Assembly: GCA_025062295.1 (NCBI GenBank)
Contig: JANXAJ010000006.1
Span: 598 to 64,597 of the forward strand
From: Bacteroidia bacterium
Lineage (GTDB): Bacteria > Bacteroidota > Bacteroidia > SpSt-205
Direction of reading: 5' to 3'
DNA: 64,000 nt
The position numbers and the translations under genes were made by a program. The notes under the pieces were generated by a model that made no database searches, was not told where the DNA came from, and worked only from the letters and a program-made list of their open reading frames with translations. Positions 37,781 to 47,132 of the stretch are shown one piece after another (the first letter of the stretch is position 1; the number at the start of each line of letters is the position of its first letter).

Positions 37781-38956
37781 TTAGTAATGGCATTTTGAGC
37801 ACTCAAGCCCGCCAATTCGCTCCACAGTTACTTCTTTCTCCTTGAGCTGCTGGTGAAGGCGGGCATAGTAGGGATTAGCTGTAAGATCCACTTTAGTCTG
37901 TCGATGACAATTGATACACCAACCCATACTGAGGTCGCTATACTGATAGACTTCTTCCATTTCCTCCACGGGTCCATGGCAGGTCTGACAAGCAATCCCC
38001 CCAACTTTGACATGCTGAGCATGATTGAAATACACAAAATCTGGGAGGTTATGCACCCGTACCCACTCAATCGGCTTTCCTTCTTCCCAAGAGGCTAGTA
38101 TTTTAGCAATCTCCTTCGTACCATATCGGGACCCTTCCTGAATGTAGTTGTGGCAATTCATGCAAATATTCGTGGAGGGGAAGGTAGCTGACTTACCTTT
38201 TTCTACGCCTACATGACAATACTGACAAGCAATTTTGTACTCACCGGCATGGGTCTTGTGGGAAAAGGCGATGGGCTGTACGGGTTTATAGCCCTGGTGA
38301 AGTCCAACAGAGCGAGCCTTCTTGATTGTAGCATTAGTGAGCCAGATAAAGCCCACCAAAATCAAAAGAGCAATAAAGCGACGGGAAGCAAGAAGAGCTC
38401 TCAGACGTTCAAACCCAACTGCTCGGACAGAAGCAGCCTCTGGACGCAAAAGCCTTGACAGAGCCAGAGTAGCTACTAAGAGGGCTATGGCTATAGCTCC
38501 CAAAGCAATCACAAGAACCCATAAAATCGGACTGACTTCGGGAGCAGGGGTGGAAGAGGCTCCACTTGCGCCCGTAGAAGCTGAAGGGGAAGGAGCTGCA
38601 GCTGCCAGCGCTTCAGTCTCTGCCTTAATATAATCCAGAATCGCCTTCACTTCCGCCTCTGAAAGAGCAGTGAAGGCAGTCATCACTGCTCTATTGTACT
38701 CTTCATAGAGCTTCTTTGCATAGGATGAATACTTGAAGTTTCCGTTAATGTATGCCTGAGAATTATGTACAAACTTTATGATTTCGGCTTCATCTCCGCC
38801 CCATCGCTCATGCACGCCTTTGAGAGCAGGCCCGACCACTCGACGATTTACAGCATGGCAAGAAGCACAATTCGCCTGAAAGAGGGCCTTGCCATCTTGA
38901 GCAGAGAGAAAACCTATTCCAAGTAGCAGCCCTAGCCTACGCATAAATGATTTCAT
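37781..38956 (-). CDS. actA: Alternative complex III multiheme cytochrome ActA with an N-terminal fused class I cytochrome c domain
   Basis: A 391-aa ORF with six CxxCH motifs (CASCH, CQYCH, CMNCH, CQTCH, CINCH, CSKCH). It starts with a signal peptide, a monoheme cyt c domain of about 100 aa (ending LSEAEVKAILDYI) and an Ala/Pro/Ser linker. Two hydrophobic helices follow, then an NrfH/NapC-like pentaheme domain. Confidence 0.75.
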   Translation of the reverse strand: MKSFMRRLGLLLGIGFLSAQDGKALFQANCASCHAVNRRVVGPALKGVHERWGGDEAEIIKFVHNSQAYINGNFKYSSYAKKLYEEYNRAVMTAFTALSEAEVKAILDYIKAETEALAAAAPSPSASTGASGASSTPAPEVSPILWVLVIALGAIAIALLVATLALSRLLRPEAASVRAVGFERLRALLASRRFIALLILVGFIWLTNATIKKARSVGLHQGYKPVQPIAFSHKTHAGEYKIACQYCHVGVEKGKSATFPSTNICMNCHNYIQEGSRYGTKEIAKILASWEEGKPIEWVRVHNLPDFVYFNHAQHVKVGGIACQTCHGPVEEMEEVYQYSDLSMGWCINCHRQTKVDLTANPYYARLHQQLKEKEVTVERIGGLECSKCHY

Positions 38957-39025
38957 TTGTATCTGAAAAACCCAAGCAAAGGTAGAGAAGTTCCATTATC
39001 TGCAAAGACCGAGGAAATCTCTTGA

Positions 39026-41605
39026 TTGGAATCAGACAGGCTTCTTTCCTCTCAAATCTCTGAAGCTTCATCCTGCGGCAAATATATCACGGGTCAGGCA
39101 CATCTAAGTTATCTTCGTGCTATGTGGGTTCTATTTGTATGGCTTCAGAGTTGGCAAATCCCCACCGCTTACAAGCAGGTCGTGAGAGAACCCATACTTC
39201 TCTCAGGACACACTCAAGAGGCTTGGATGGGATACCTCTCTGTGCGAGCTGGGATAACCCATCTCTATCTTCATTTGATAGATACCACTGGGTATGAGCC
39301 CTTAGGTAGGGCAGGGGTGTGTCTCTCCTGCGGAAGCAAGGAATCTGTGAAAAGCTGGCACGCTGTCCTTGGTGAAAGGAATCGTCTATATGTTGGATGG
39401 AGCACTGAAACCACTGCCTATGTATGCAGCTTAGAGGGCTCGGGACGGGTGGAGTGGATGACTAAAGTAGAAACTCCAGCTCAGGAAATAGCGCTATTAG
39501 TTCATCCGGATGGCGGAGTGATTGGGCTGCTGAGAGGTGAGCAGTCGCTTCTTCTTGTGTTCTGGAGTGCAAGCGGAGAGCTAAGGCTGAAACAGCCGCT
39601 TTTAGCTCAGGACCTTCCTTGCCGACACGCTCGCCTCATCTGGGGAGGAATAGAAGGGTTCTTAGTGATATGGGAGACCTACACAGGGAGCCGATGGGAG
39701 ATCTTTCTCCAGAAATGGCTTTGGACAGGAAAAGCCGAGACACCCGCTCGTCCCCTTTCTCAACTCACTCACAGTATGGAAGGGATGGAGTTCATCAGTG
39801 ATGGGTTTGGCGGGGTTTTAGTGGTGTATGAAAGCCTCTCCCTGAGGGGAGCAGGTAAGGACCTCTACCTTGTGCGATACAATCGGAATGGAAATCAAGT
39901 CTATGAAGTACCCCTATGTGTAGAAGTTGGGGATCAGCAAGCGCCAAAGCTATACAAGCGAGGAGGAGACCTCCTCATAGTATGGGAGGATAATCGGCGA
40001 CAAGATTGGGACATTTACTACCAGCGAGTAGAGATTGCATCAGGACGCCGCCTCCTTCCGCCTGAAGGCATACCTCTTGTAGCTCTTCCGGGTCCTCAGC
40101 GTAGCGCTCACCTCATTCTGGATTACTTTCAAAATGAGATGGTAGCTCTCTGGCTTGACTATCGCCGACTCCAAGGGGACATATATCTCCAGCGTTATAC
40201 AGCGGAGGGAATGCCTCTGTGGGAATTCACTGGGCGTCCGCTGGCTGCTAATCCCTCTCAGCAGCGAGACCTTCGTACAGCCGCTCAGGACTTCCAGCTC
40301 TTTTGGGTAGCATATTTGGAGGATGAAGGTGAAAAGGGAACCCAGCCTTACATTGCCCTGCTTTCCACCCAAGGAGAGATTCGTCTTCATCGCCGTCTTT
40401 CAGGGAATTTCCAGCAACCTTTTGCTGAATTTAGGTTCTTACGGGCTTATCCTTGGAAAGATCATCTATTACTTCTCTGGAGCGATGACCGAGATAGCGC
40501 TCGCCAGTTTCAACTGTATCTGCAGCTTCTGAATAGTGAAGGAAAACCCCTATGGTCGCCTTATGGCCTTCCTGTGGGTCCGCAGCCCCTTCTGAGTCAG
40601 AAAAATCCCCAGATTCACTTCCAAGGAGATACGCTCTGGTGTCTCTGGGAAGGGGAAGAGTCTGATGTAGAGACCGACCTTTTTGTTCAAGCATTCACCT
40701 TTGAGGGAAAGCGCCTCTTTCCCACTCCTCTTCCTATTTGCCAAGCAGAACGCGTCCAAACAGAAGCATGCTGGCTTCCCTATCGGAATAGCCTCTACGT
40801 CTATTGGACAGATAATCGGAGCATGGAAGAGACAGGTTTTGATCTGTATATCCGCAGTGTTTCACCGCTTGCTCCTGAGATTAGCTGGCGCTCAGCTCGT
40901 ACTTTTCAGAATAGTGCCTTTTTAGCTAAGGCTGGCGATACCTCCTCCATCCATCACCTTTGGCAAGAAGAGGTAAATGGAAAATACCAGATAGCCTATG
41001 CTCTCAGTGAGCCTGGATTGGTGAGTAACTTCACATTTCTCGCTCCAACAGAGAAGCCCCAACGCTTTTTTCACGCTATTATTGACTCCACAGGCACTCT
41101 CTATGTGGCTTTCTGTGAGGAATCCTTTGGCCCCTATGAGCAAACCCTCCGCCTATTCGCCCTCTCATCGTCAGGAAGTGTGCGATGGCAACGTACCTCG
41201 CCTTTCTCCTATCCTCACCACCTGTATCCGAAACTATACTTCCTTCTCTCGGGAGATATACTTCTCTCTGCGATAGGGAAAGCCTCCGATGGACACTGGG
41301 ATCTCCTGTACGCGATCTTCGGCCCAGAGGGTAAGCTCCGAAGTAAAGGCAAACTCATCGGCCCTATCCCTGAGAAAATTCAGGTTCAGCTCCTTTCTCT
41401 CTCGCAAAGCTTTTGGCTTCTTCTTCAGATGCCCTCCGGCTTTGTACTTTATCACGGCTTTCGTCTCAGCGAACTCAAGCCAGCGTCTCTCCCTGCACCT
41501 TGCGAAGAAGCATATCTCTTTGAGTGGAGGGAGAAACCTTTTCTCTTCTGGACAGATAAAGAGCGTCGTGTCTGTAGCTTGACGCCCCTCTCGCTTGCAC
41601 CATAA
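39026..41605 (+). CDS. Large beta-propeller repeat protein (PD40/TolB-like repeats), hypothetical
   Basis: An 859-aa ORF whose true start is uncertain (an alternative Met lies at about 39122). It has at least ten repeats of about 50 aa with the pattern hhhhW.D.R.....DIY.Q (e.g. LLIVWEDNRRQDWDIYYQRV, MVALWLDYRRLQGDIYLQRY, LLLLWSDDRDSARQFQLYLQLL, LYVYWTDNRSMEETGFDLYIRSV). Confidence 0.45.
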   Translation: MESDRLLSSQISEASSCGKYITGQAHLSYLRAMWVLFVWLQSWQIPTAYKQVVREPILLSGHTQEAWMGYLSVRAGITHLYLHLIDTTGYEPLGRAGVCLSCGSKESVKSWHAVLGERNRLYVGWSTETTAYVCSLEGSGRVEWMTKVETPAQEIALLVHPDGGVIGLLRGEQSLLLVFWSASGELRLKQPLLAQDLPCRHARLIWGGIEGFLVIWETYTGSRWEIFLQKWLWTGKAETPARPLSQLTHSMEGMEFISDGFGGVLVVYESLSLRGAGKDLYLVRYNRNGNQVYEVPLCVEVGDQQAPKLYKRGGDLLIVWEDNRRQDWDIYYQRVEIASGRRLLPPEGIPLVALPGPQRSAHLILDYFQNEMVALWLDYRRLQGDIYLQRYTAEGMPLWEFTGRPLAANPSQQRDLRTAAQDFQLFWVAYLEDEGEKGTQPYIALLSTQGEIRLHRRLSGNFQQPFAEFRFLRAYPWKDHLLLLWSDDRDSARQFQLYLQLLNSEGKPLWSPYGLPVGPQPLLSQKNPQIHFQGDTLWCLWEGEESDVETDLFVQAFTFEGKRLFPTPLPICQAERVQTEACWLPYRNSLYVYWTDNRSMEETGFDLYIRSVSPLAPEISWRSARTFQNSAFLAKAGDTSSIHHLWQEEVNGKYQIAYALSEPGLVSNFTFLAPTEKPQRFFHAIIDSTGTLYVAFCEESFGPYEQTLRLFALSSSGSVRWQRTSPFSYPHHLYPKLYFLLSGDILLSAIGKASDGHWDLLYAIFGPEGKLRSKGKLIGPIPEKIQVQLLSLSQSFWLLLQMPSGFVLYHGFRLSELKPASLPAPCEEAYLFEWREKPFLFWTDKERRVCSLTPLSLAP

Positions 41606-41666
41606 GTGGTTAGGGAAAGGACTGATAAAAGGGGGAGGATCTTAGTTCATGGAAAGAGGGAAGTGC

Positions 41667-42932
41667 TTAGCCTTCATATGCCAGCCAGTGGATCCGCTGA
41701 GGTAGACGCTGAAAGTATAGAGCTTCTCCATTAGGCAGGCGGAGAGTTTCATTAGGATAGAGAATCGTGTAGAGGGTTACAGGCTGACGCACTTGGATGG
41801 CTAAGGAGACCGGGGCTGCTGCCCGCCATCGCTCAATCACTTCTTGTGGTGCTTTTACCGCAAAAGCTGCGGTTCTAATACCTCCCTGCGTAAAAAATAT
41901 CTGCATTCCCTCCTCTTCCATCTCTCGGAGAATATCCATCAAAGAGAGAGGGGACAAGTCTATGCTCTCCACTTCTATAAGGATGAGTCCTCGCTGCTGG
42001 GTGTGAATAGGGGGAAGGTCCTCTACCCACTCGTCAGTAATCAAAGTACCCTCACTTGCAGGGTCAAAATAGGGACAGACATAAAGAGGAATTCGCTTGT
42101 CTCGCAGGGGACGCAGTGTGCGAGGGTGAAGTACTTGTGCCCCATAATAAGTCATCTCAGCTGCTTGACTATAGCTAAGGGTAGTGAGGGGCTGGGCATC
42201 CGGGTGCCGATTCGGGTCAGCAGAGTACAAGCGACCCACATCTTTCCATGCAATCATCCCCTGAGCATTAAGCATATTTGCAAAGAGAGCCGCAGAATAG
42301 TCAGATCCCTCCCGTCCGAGAGTAGTACTTCGGCGCCTCAGGTCAGAAGCAATATATCCCTGAGTAATGATAAGCTTCTGAGTACGAAAGAGAGGTACAA
42401 GCTGCGCATCTACATTTGCTTGGCTGGGTCCCAGTAAGACCCCTGGCTCTGGATAATGTCCGTCGGTTACGATAAGTCGTCGAGCATCTATCCAAGCTGT
42501 AACAAAGCCTTGGCTCTCTAAGTAGGCATGGACGATTTCACTGCTGATGAGCTCACCAAATACCAGTACGGCATCGGTTGCAGGCCCTCCTTCTTCAGAG
42601 AGATGGGCTAGGGCTTGGACTCGTTGCCAAAGTGGGCTCCAATACCGCTGTTCTAATCGGTGAATCAAGTTTTCAGCAGAGCTCTCTGGAAATACCTCCC
42701 GAATAAGCATCTCATGGAATTTTTGAAGGGAGATGTAAAGGGCTTTTGCTTGCTCATAGTCACTGCGGCCAGCCGCCTCTATGAGCCGCATCAGCGCATC
42801 CGTAGTCTTGCCAATAGCTGAGACAACTAAGAGGCGAACAGCGTCAGGATAAGCCGTCCGAAGCACGACGGGAAGTTGACGCAATCCGTCAGCATTACGG
42901 AGGCATCCCCCGCCAACTTTCATCACCCACAT
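41667..42932 (-). CDS. lysC: Aspartate kinase
   Basis: A 421-aa ORF. The N-terminus MWVMKVGGG ... VVSAIGKTTDAL is the amino-acid-kinase family signature. A C-terminal regulatory region is present. Confidence 0.75.
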   Translation of the reverse strand: MWVMKVGGGCLRNADGLRQLPVVLRTAYPDAVRLLVVSAIGKTTDALMRLIEAAGRSDYEQAKALYISLQKFHEMLIREVFPESSAENLIHRLEQRYWSPLWQRVQALAHLSEEGGPATDAVLVFGELISSEIVHAYLESQGFVTAWIDARRLIVTDGHYPEPGVLLGPSQANVDAQLVPLFRTQKLIITQGYIASDLRRRSTTLGREGSDYSAALFANMLNAQGMIAWKDVGRLYSADPNRHPDAQPLTTLSYSQAAEMTYYGAQVLHPRTLRPLRDKRIPLYVCPYFDPASEGTLITDEWVEDLPPIHTQQRGLILIEVESIDLSPLSLMDILREMEEEGMQIFFTQGGIRTAAFAVKAPQEVIERWRAAAPVSLAIQVRQPVTLYTILYPNETLRLPNGEALYFQRLPQRIHWLAYEG

Positions 42933-42965
42933 CCCTGCAAAAGTAAGGGGGTTATCTTTGTCCCC

Positions 42966-44552
42966 GTGCGACTTGAAACAGATTATTTAGTGATTGGCTC
43001 GGGCGTTGCCGGTCTTTACTTTGCCCTTCAGGCAGCCCACCACGGCGAGGTGCTCCTTCTGACCAAGGACAAAGCTGAAGAAAGTAATACTACGTATGCT
43101 CAGGGAGGAATTGCGGGAGTATTTTCCTCTCAGGATAGCTTTGAAGCTCACATTCGTGATACCTTAATAGCTGGGGATGGGCTATGCCGAGAGACAGTCG
43201 TAAGAACCGTGATTACCGAAGCCCCAGCAGCTATCCGAAAACTCATGGCATATGGTGTCCAGTTTGACCGAGATGAAAAAGGCGAGCTGCTTTTAGCCCG
43301 AGAAGGGGGTCATTCTCATGCGCGTATCCTTCACAGCCGGGATGCCACAGGAGCTGAAATCAGCCGAGCCCTCTTAGCAGCAGTCCGAAACCACCCCCGC
43401 ATCCAGATAAAGGAGGGCTTTTTTGCTTTGGACCTCATCACCCAACATCACTTAGGCATCTATGTGAATCGGGGCTACCCCGATATCACTTGCTATGGCG
43501 TCTATGCCTTGGAAGAGGCCACAGGAGCAATTTGGACGATTTTAGCACGCATTACTGTCTTAGCCACGGGGGGAGCGGGTCAGGTTTATCCTGTTACGAC
43601 TAATCCTGCGACAGCGACAGGGGATGGAGTAGCCATGGCTCTCCGAGCAAAGGCCCGAATAGCAAACATGGAGTTCTATCAGTTTCACCCCACCGCTCTA
43701 TATGAGCCAGAAAAGCGACCTGCCTTCCTCCTAACCGAGGCTTTGCGGGGCGCAGGAGCTATTCTCGTTGACCCCATCCATCATCGTCCCTTCATGCATA
43801 AATATGACCCTCGGAAAGACCTTGCTCCGCGTGACATCGTGGCACGAGCTATAGATACGGAGTCCAAAATCGCTGGAACCCCCTTCGTCTATTTAGATGC
43901 CAGAGGGGTAAAGGACCTACCCCATCACTTTCCCACTATCTACCAATACTGCCAGCGAAGAGGCTTAGACCCCACACAAGACCTCCTTCCAGTGGCACCT
44001 GCCGCCCATTATATGGTGGGAGGGATAGATACAGATCCCGTCGGACGAACCTCTATTCATCGCCTCTATGCGATCGGGGAAGTAAGCTATACTGGCCTTC
44101 ATGGAGCAAATCGACTCGCCTCAAACTCCCTCTTAGAAGCCCTCGTATTTGCTGAAAGAGCAGCTCAAGACTCTGCCCGCCGCCTTCCAGACCTTGAGTG
44201 GCAAAAGGATATCCCCGATTGGGACCCCCGAGGCAGCCGCCACCCAGAAGAAATGGTCCTCATCAGTCATAACCTTCAAGAGCTGCGAACTCTGATGGGA
44301 AATTATGTAGGGATTGTCCGAAATAACTTTCGTCTGGAACGCGCCCGCCGTCGTATTGCCCTCTTGTATGAGGAAACAGAAGCGTTTTATGCTCATACTT
44401 ACCCTTCCAGAGCCCTTTTTGAACTGAGAAATTTGATTGCTATAGCTTATCTTATTGTAAAATGCGCTTTTATCCGAAAAGAAAGCCGAGGCCTTCACTA
44501 TACACTAGATTATCCTCAGAAGAATCAGAAACCTATTGACACGCTCGTATAA
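42966..44552 (+). CDS. nadB: L-aspartate oxidase
   Basis: The FAD-binding N-terminus is DYLVIGSGVAGL, with YAQGGIAGV, EGGHSHARILH, RDIVARAID and GLHGANRLASNSLLE. The track ORF starts at 42876 but overlaps lysC. The GTG at 42966 (VRLETDYLV) matches the canonical NadB N-terminal spacing. Confidence 0.88.
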   Translation: MRLETDYLVIGSGVAGLYFALQAAHHGEVLLLTKDKAEESNTTYAQGGIAGVFSSQDSFEAHIRDTLIAGDGLCRETVVRTVITEAPAAIRKLMAYGVQFDRDEKGELLLAREGGHSHARILHSRDATGAEISRALLAAVRNHPRIQIKEGFFALDLITQHHLGIYVNRGYPDITCYGVYALEEATGAIWTILARITVLATGGAGQVYPVTTNPATATGDGVAMALRAKARIANMEFYQFHPTALYEPEKRPAFLLTEALRGAGAILVDPIHHRPFMHKYDPRKDLAPRDIVARAIDTESKIAGTPFVYLDARGVKDLPHHFPTIYQYCQRRGLDPTQDLLPVAPAAHYMVGGIDTDPVGRTSIHRLYAIGEVSYTGLHGANRLASNSLLEALVFAERAAQDSARRLPDLEWQKDIPDWDPRGSRHPEEMVLISHNLQELRTLMGNYVGIVRNNFRLERARRRIALLYEETEAFYAHTYPSRALFELRNLIAIAYLIVKCAFIRKESRGLHYTLDYPQKNQKPIDTLV

Positions 44553-44570
44553 TTGCTCCACTCTCACGCT

Positions 44571-45719
44571 ATGACTAAGGTCCGTGTTCTATATCTCATC
44601 AGTCGCTTGAATATTGGAGGGCCAGCCCACCATGTCCTCCTACTGAGCCGAGACCTTGACTCTGAGAGATACGAGAAGCGGCTCGTTGCAGGTCAAGAGC
44701 CCCAAGGTGAGGTCCGAGCAGAGGAATGGATCAAAGCCTATGGCGTAGATGTGGAATATCTTCCTTCCCTGGAAAGGGATCCTTCATTCCTCAAGGATTT
44801 GAGAGCTTTTTTGTGGCTACTTCGCTTGATGCGCTCTTGGAAGCCCCATATCGTTCATACTCATACAGCTAAGGCGGGGGCCCTCGGACGACTTGCCGCA
44901 TGGATCACTGGTGTGCCGGTTCGGATTCACACTTTTCACGGGCATTCTTTAGAAGGGTATTTTTCACCCAAAGTTTCCTTTCTCTACCGTTTGATAGAAA
45001 GATTTCTTGCGAGGCTAACTCATCGGATTATCGTTTTGAGCAAAAGACAGCAAGAAGATATTGTAAAGCGATTCAGAATAGCTCCTTCTGAGAAGGTAAT
45101 GGTGCTACCGCTCATTTTTGATTTGAATCGGCTCAAAGAGTATGATGAAAAAGCGGTCATTCAGCTTCGTCGTGAGTGGCAAGGGGATGCTTCTGTGCCT
45201 ATACTGGCGTGGATTGGGCGTATGGTGCCCATTAAGCGAGTGGATCGTCTTATAGAAGCTGCGGCACAGCTTCACTCGGAAGGCATTGCCTTTCGGCTAG
45301 TACTGGTGGGGGATGGTCCAGAGCGCCAAGGGTGGGAAGCGCTTGCTGCCCGATTGAAGCTGCCTGCTATATGGACAGGCATCCGCTGGGACATCCCTGT
45401 CATTCTCCGAGCCGTAGATGCGATTCTCCTTACATCGGATAATGAGGGTACTCCTGCTGTCCTTATAGAGGCTTTGGCTTGTGGAACGGCTGTAGCTTCT
45501 ACCCCTGTCGGTGGGGTTCCTGATCTCTTAGAAGAGGGGCGATGGGGATGGCTTCTCTATGAGCCGCTGACAGACAGTCTTCGAGTATTTCTCCAGCATC
45601 TTTCCCAAGCTCAGCAGAAAGCCCGAGCTGCAGCCTCCTATATTCAGGCTCGGTACGGAACGAAGCCGCTCCTCCAAGCCTTGGACCGTCTTTATCAGGA
45701 CCTTCTTCAGTGCCGCTAA
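44571..45719 (+). CDS. Glycosyltransferase, GT4 family
   Basis: About 382 aa starting at MTKVRVLYLIS. The C-terminal GT4 motif is EGTPAVLIEALACGTAVASTPVGGVPDLLEEG. Confidence 0.6.
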   Translation: MTKVRVLYLISRLNIGGPAHHVLLLSRDLDSERYEKRLVAGQEPQGEVRAEEWIKAYGVDVEYLPSLERDPSFLKDLRAFLWLLRLMRSWKPHIVHTHTAKAGALGRLAAWITGVPVRIHTFHGHSLEGYFSPKVSFLYRLIERFLARLTHRIIVLSKRQQEDIVKRFRIAPSEKVMVLPLIFDLNRLKEYDEKAVIQLRREWQGDASVPILAWIGRMVPIKRVDRLIEAAAQLHSEGIAFRLVLVGDGPERQGWEALAARLKLPAIWTGIRWDIPVILRAVDAILLTSDNEGTPAVLIEALACGTAVASTPVGGVPDLLEEGRWGWLLYEPLTDSLRVFLQHLSQAQQKARAAASYIQARYGTKPLLQALDRLYQDLLQCR

Positions 45720-45728
45720 ATTTGTGCC

Positions 45729-47132
45729 ATGAAGCCGATTCGGTTTGGGACTGATGGGTGGCGAGCCATCATTGCGAAAGACTTCACATTTGATAACCTA
45801 AGTCGAGTCGTGGAAGCTACAGGTCGTTGGCTTCTTCAGCGATACGATGAGCCAAAGGTGATGATAGGCTACGATTGCCGCTTCCTCGCTGATAAGTTCG
45901 CTGAAGCCACAGCCCAGCAGCTGGCTCAAAGCGGCATCAAAGTGTATCTAAGTCCAACCTTTGCTACAACACCCATGGTCTCTTTTGCTACCATGCAGCA
46001 CCAATGCCATCTCGGAGTCGTACTAACAGCCTCTCACAATCCCCCAGAATATGCAGGTTACAAGCTTAAAGCCTCCTATGGCGGGCCAGCCCCACTTTCA
46101 CTCATTCAAGAAATAGAGGCCTTGATTCCGCCCACGCCGATTGAGGTGATAGACCAATGGGAGAAACTAATCCATAGCCGCCAGCTTGAAATGTATGACA
46201 TGGAAGCGCTATATCATAACTACATCAAAAGCCGCTTCAACTTAGGAGCTCTGTCTCGCCTCCCTTACCGCATCGGTTTTGATGCAATGTATGGTGCTGG
46301 ACAAAGAATCTTTCCTCGCATTTTGCCAAGCGTGCAAAGATTCCGCTGCGAATATAACCCAAGCTTTGGAGGGATTCATCCCGAACCTATTCCACGGAAT
46401 CTGGGAGATTTTGCGCGCTTCATGCAGGAAAAAGACTTAGACATAGGTTTTATTTTAGATGGAGATGCAGATCGGATCGGGATGCTGGGGCGAGGAGGAA
46501 GGTATATAGATGCTCATCATATTATCCTCCTTGTACTTCACTACCTTGTGCGGTATCAAAGCAAGCAAGGACGCGTAATCTTGAGCCTGAGCTGTGCTAC
46601 GCGGGTAGGGGAATACGCTCGCCGACACGGACTCGCGGTAGAGATTACACCAGTTGGATTCAAACATATTGCGGAGAGAATGCAAGCCTCTCCAGATACA
46701 CTCTTGGGTGCTGAGGAATCAGGGGGTATAGCTATCCCTTCTCACCTGCCTGAGCGGGATGGAACATTTGTAGCCCTAACTCTCCTTCAGATGCTTTTGG
46801 AGACGGGCAAAAGCATAGAAGAGCTTATTGCGGAGGTATATGAAGTGGTAGGACCTTTTTCTGTTGATCGGCTGGATTGGCACCTACCGGAGGCGCAGAA
46901 GCAGGCGGCACTTCGGCGACTCTCAGAAGCTCCCCCTACTACCTTCGCTGGCAAGCCCGTGATTCAAATTGACCGTACTGATGGATTCAAGCTTATCCTG
47001 GATGGAGGCGAAGCGATCATGTTTCGTGCTTCTGGGACAGAGCCAATTTTGCGCATCTATACTGAGGCAGAGACAGCTACTCGAGCTGAGGCCCTTCTTA
47101 CAAAGGGACAAGAGTGGGTAATGGAAGCATGA
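45729..47132 (+). CDS. Alpha-D-phosphohexomutase family enzyme (phosphomannomutase/phosphoglucomutase-like)
   Basis: A 467-aa ORF with the active-site phosphoserine loop TASHNPPEYAGYK and a metal-binding DGDADR. Confidence 0.8.
   Translation: MKPIRFGTDGWRAIIAKDFTFDNLSRVVEATGRWLLQRYDEPKVMIGYDCRFLADKFAEATAQQLAQSGIKVYLSPTFATTPMVSFATMQHQCHLGVVLTASHNPPEYAGYKLKASYGGPAPLSLIQEIEALIPPTPIEVIDQWEKLIHSRQLEMYDMEALYHNYIKSRFNLGALSRLPYRIGFDAMYGAGQRIFPRILPSVQRFRCEYNPSFGGIHPEPIPRNLGDFARFMQEKDLDIGFILDGDADRIGMLGRGGRYIDAHHIILLVLHYLVRYQSKQGRVILSLSCATRVGEYARRHGLAVEITPVGFKHIAERMQASPDTLLGAEESGGIAIPSHLPERDGTFVALTLLQMLLETGKSIEELIAEVYEVVGPFSVDRLDWHLPEAQKQAALRRLSEAPPTTFAGKPVIQIDRTDGFKLILDGGEAIMFRASGTEPILRIYTEAETATRAEALLTKGQEWVMEA

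Noticed and set aside
37781-38956. Apparent topological paradox in ActA (periplasmic cyt c domain, then a TM helix, then a periplasmic pentaheme domain), suggesting a mis-called fusion
   Set aside because: A second hydrophobic helix (FIALLILVGFIWLTNATI) follows a short Arg-rich loop, giving a helical hairpin that returns the chain to the periplasm. The fusion is therefore topologically consistent.
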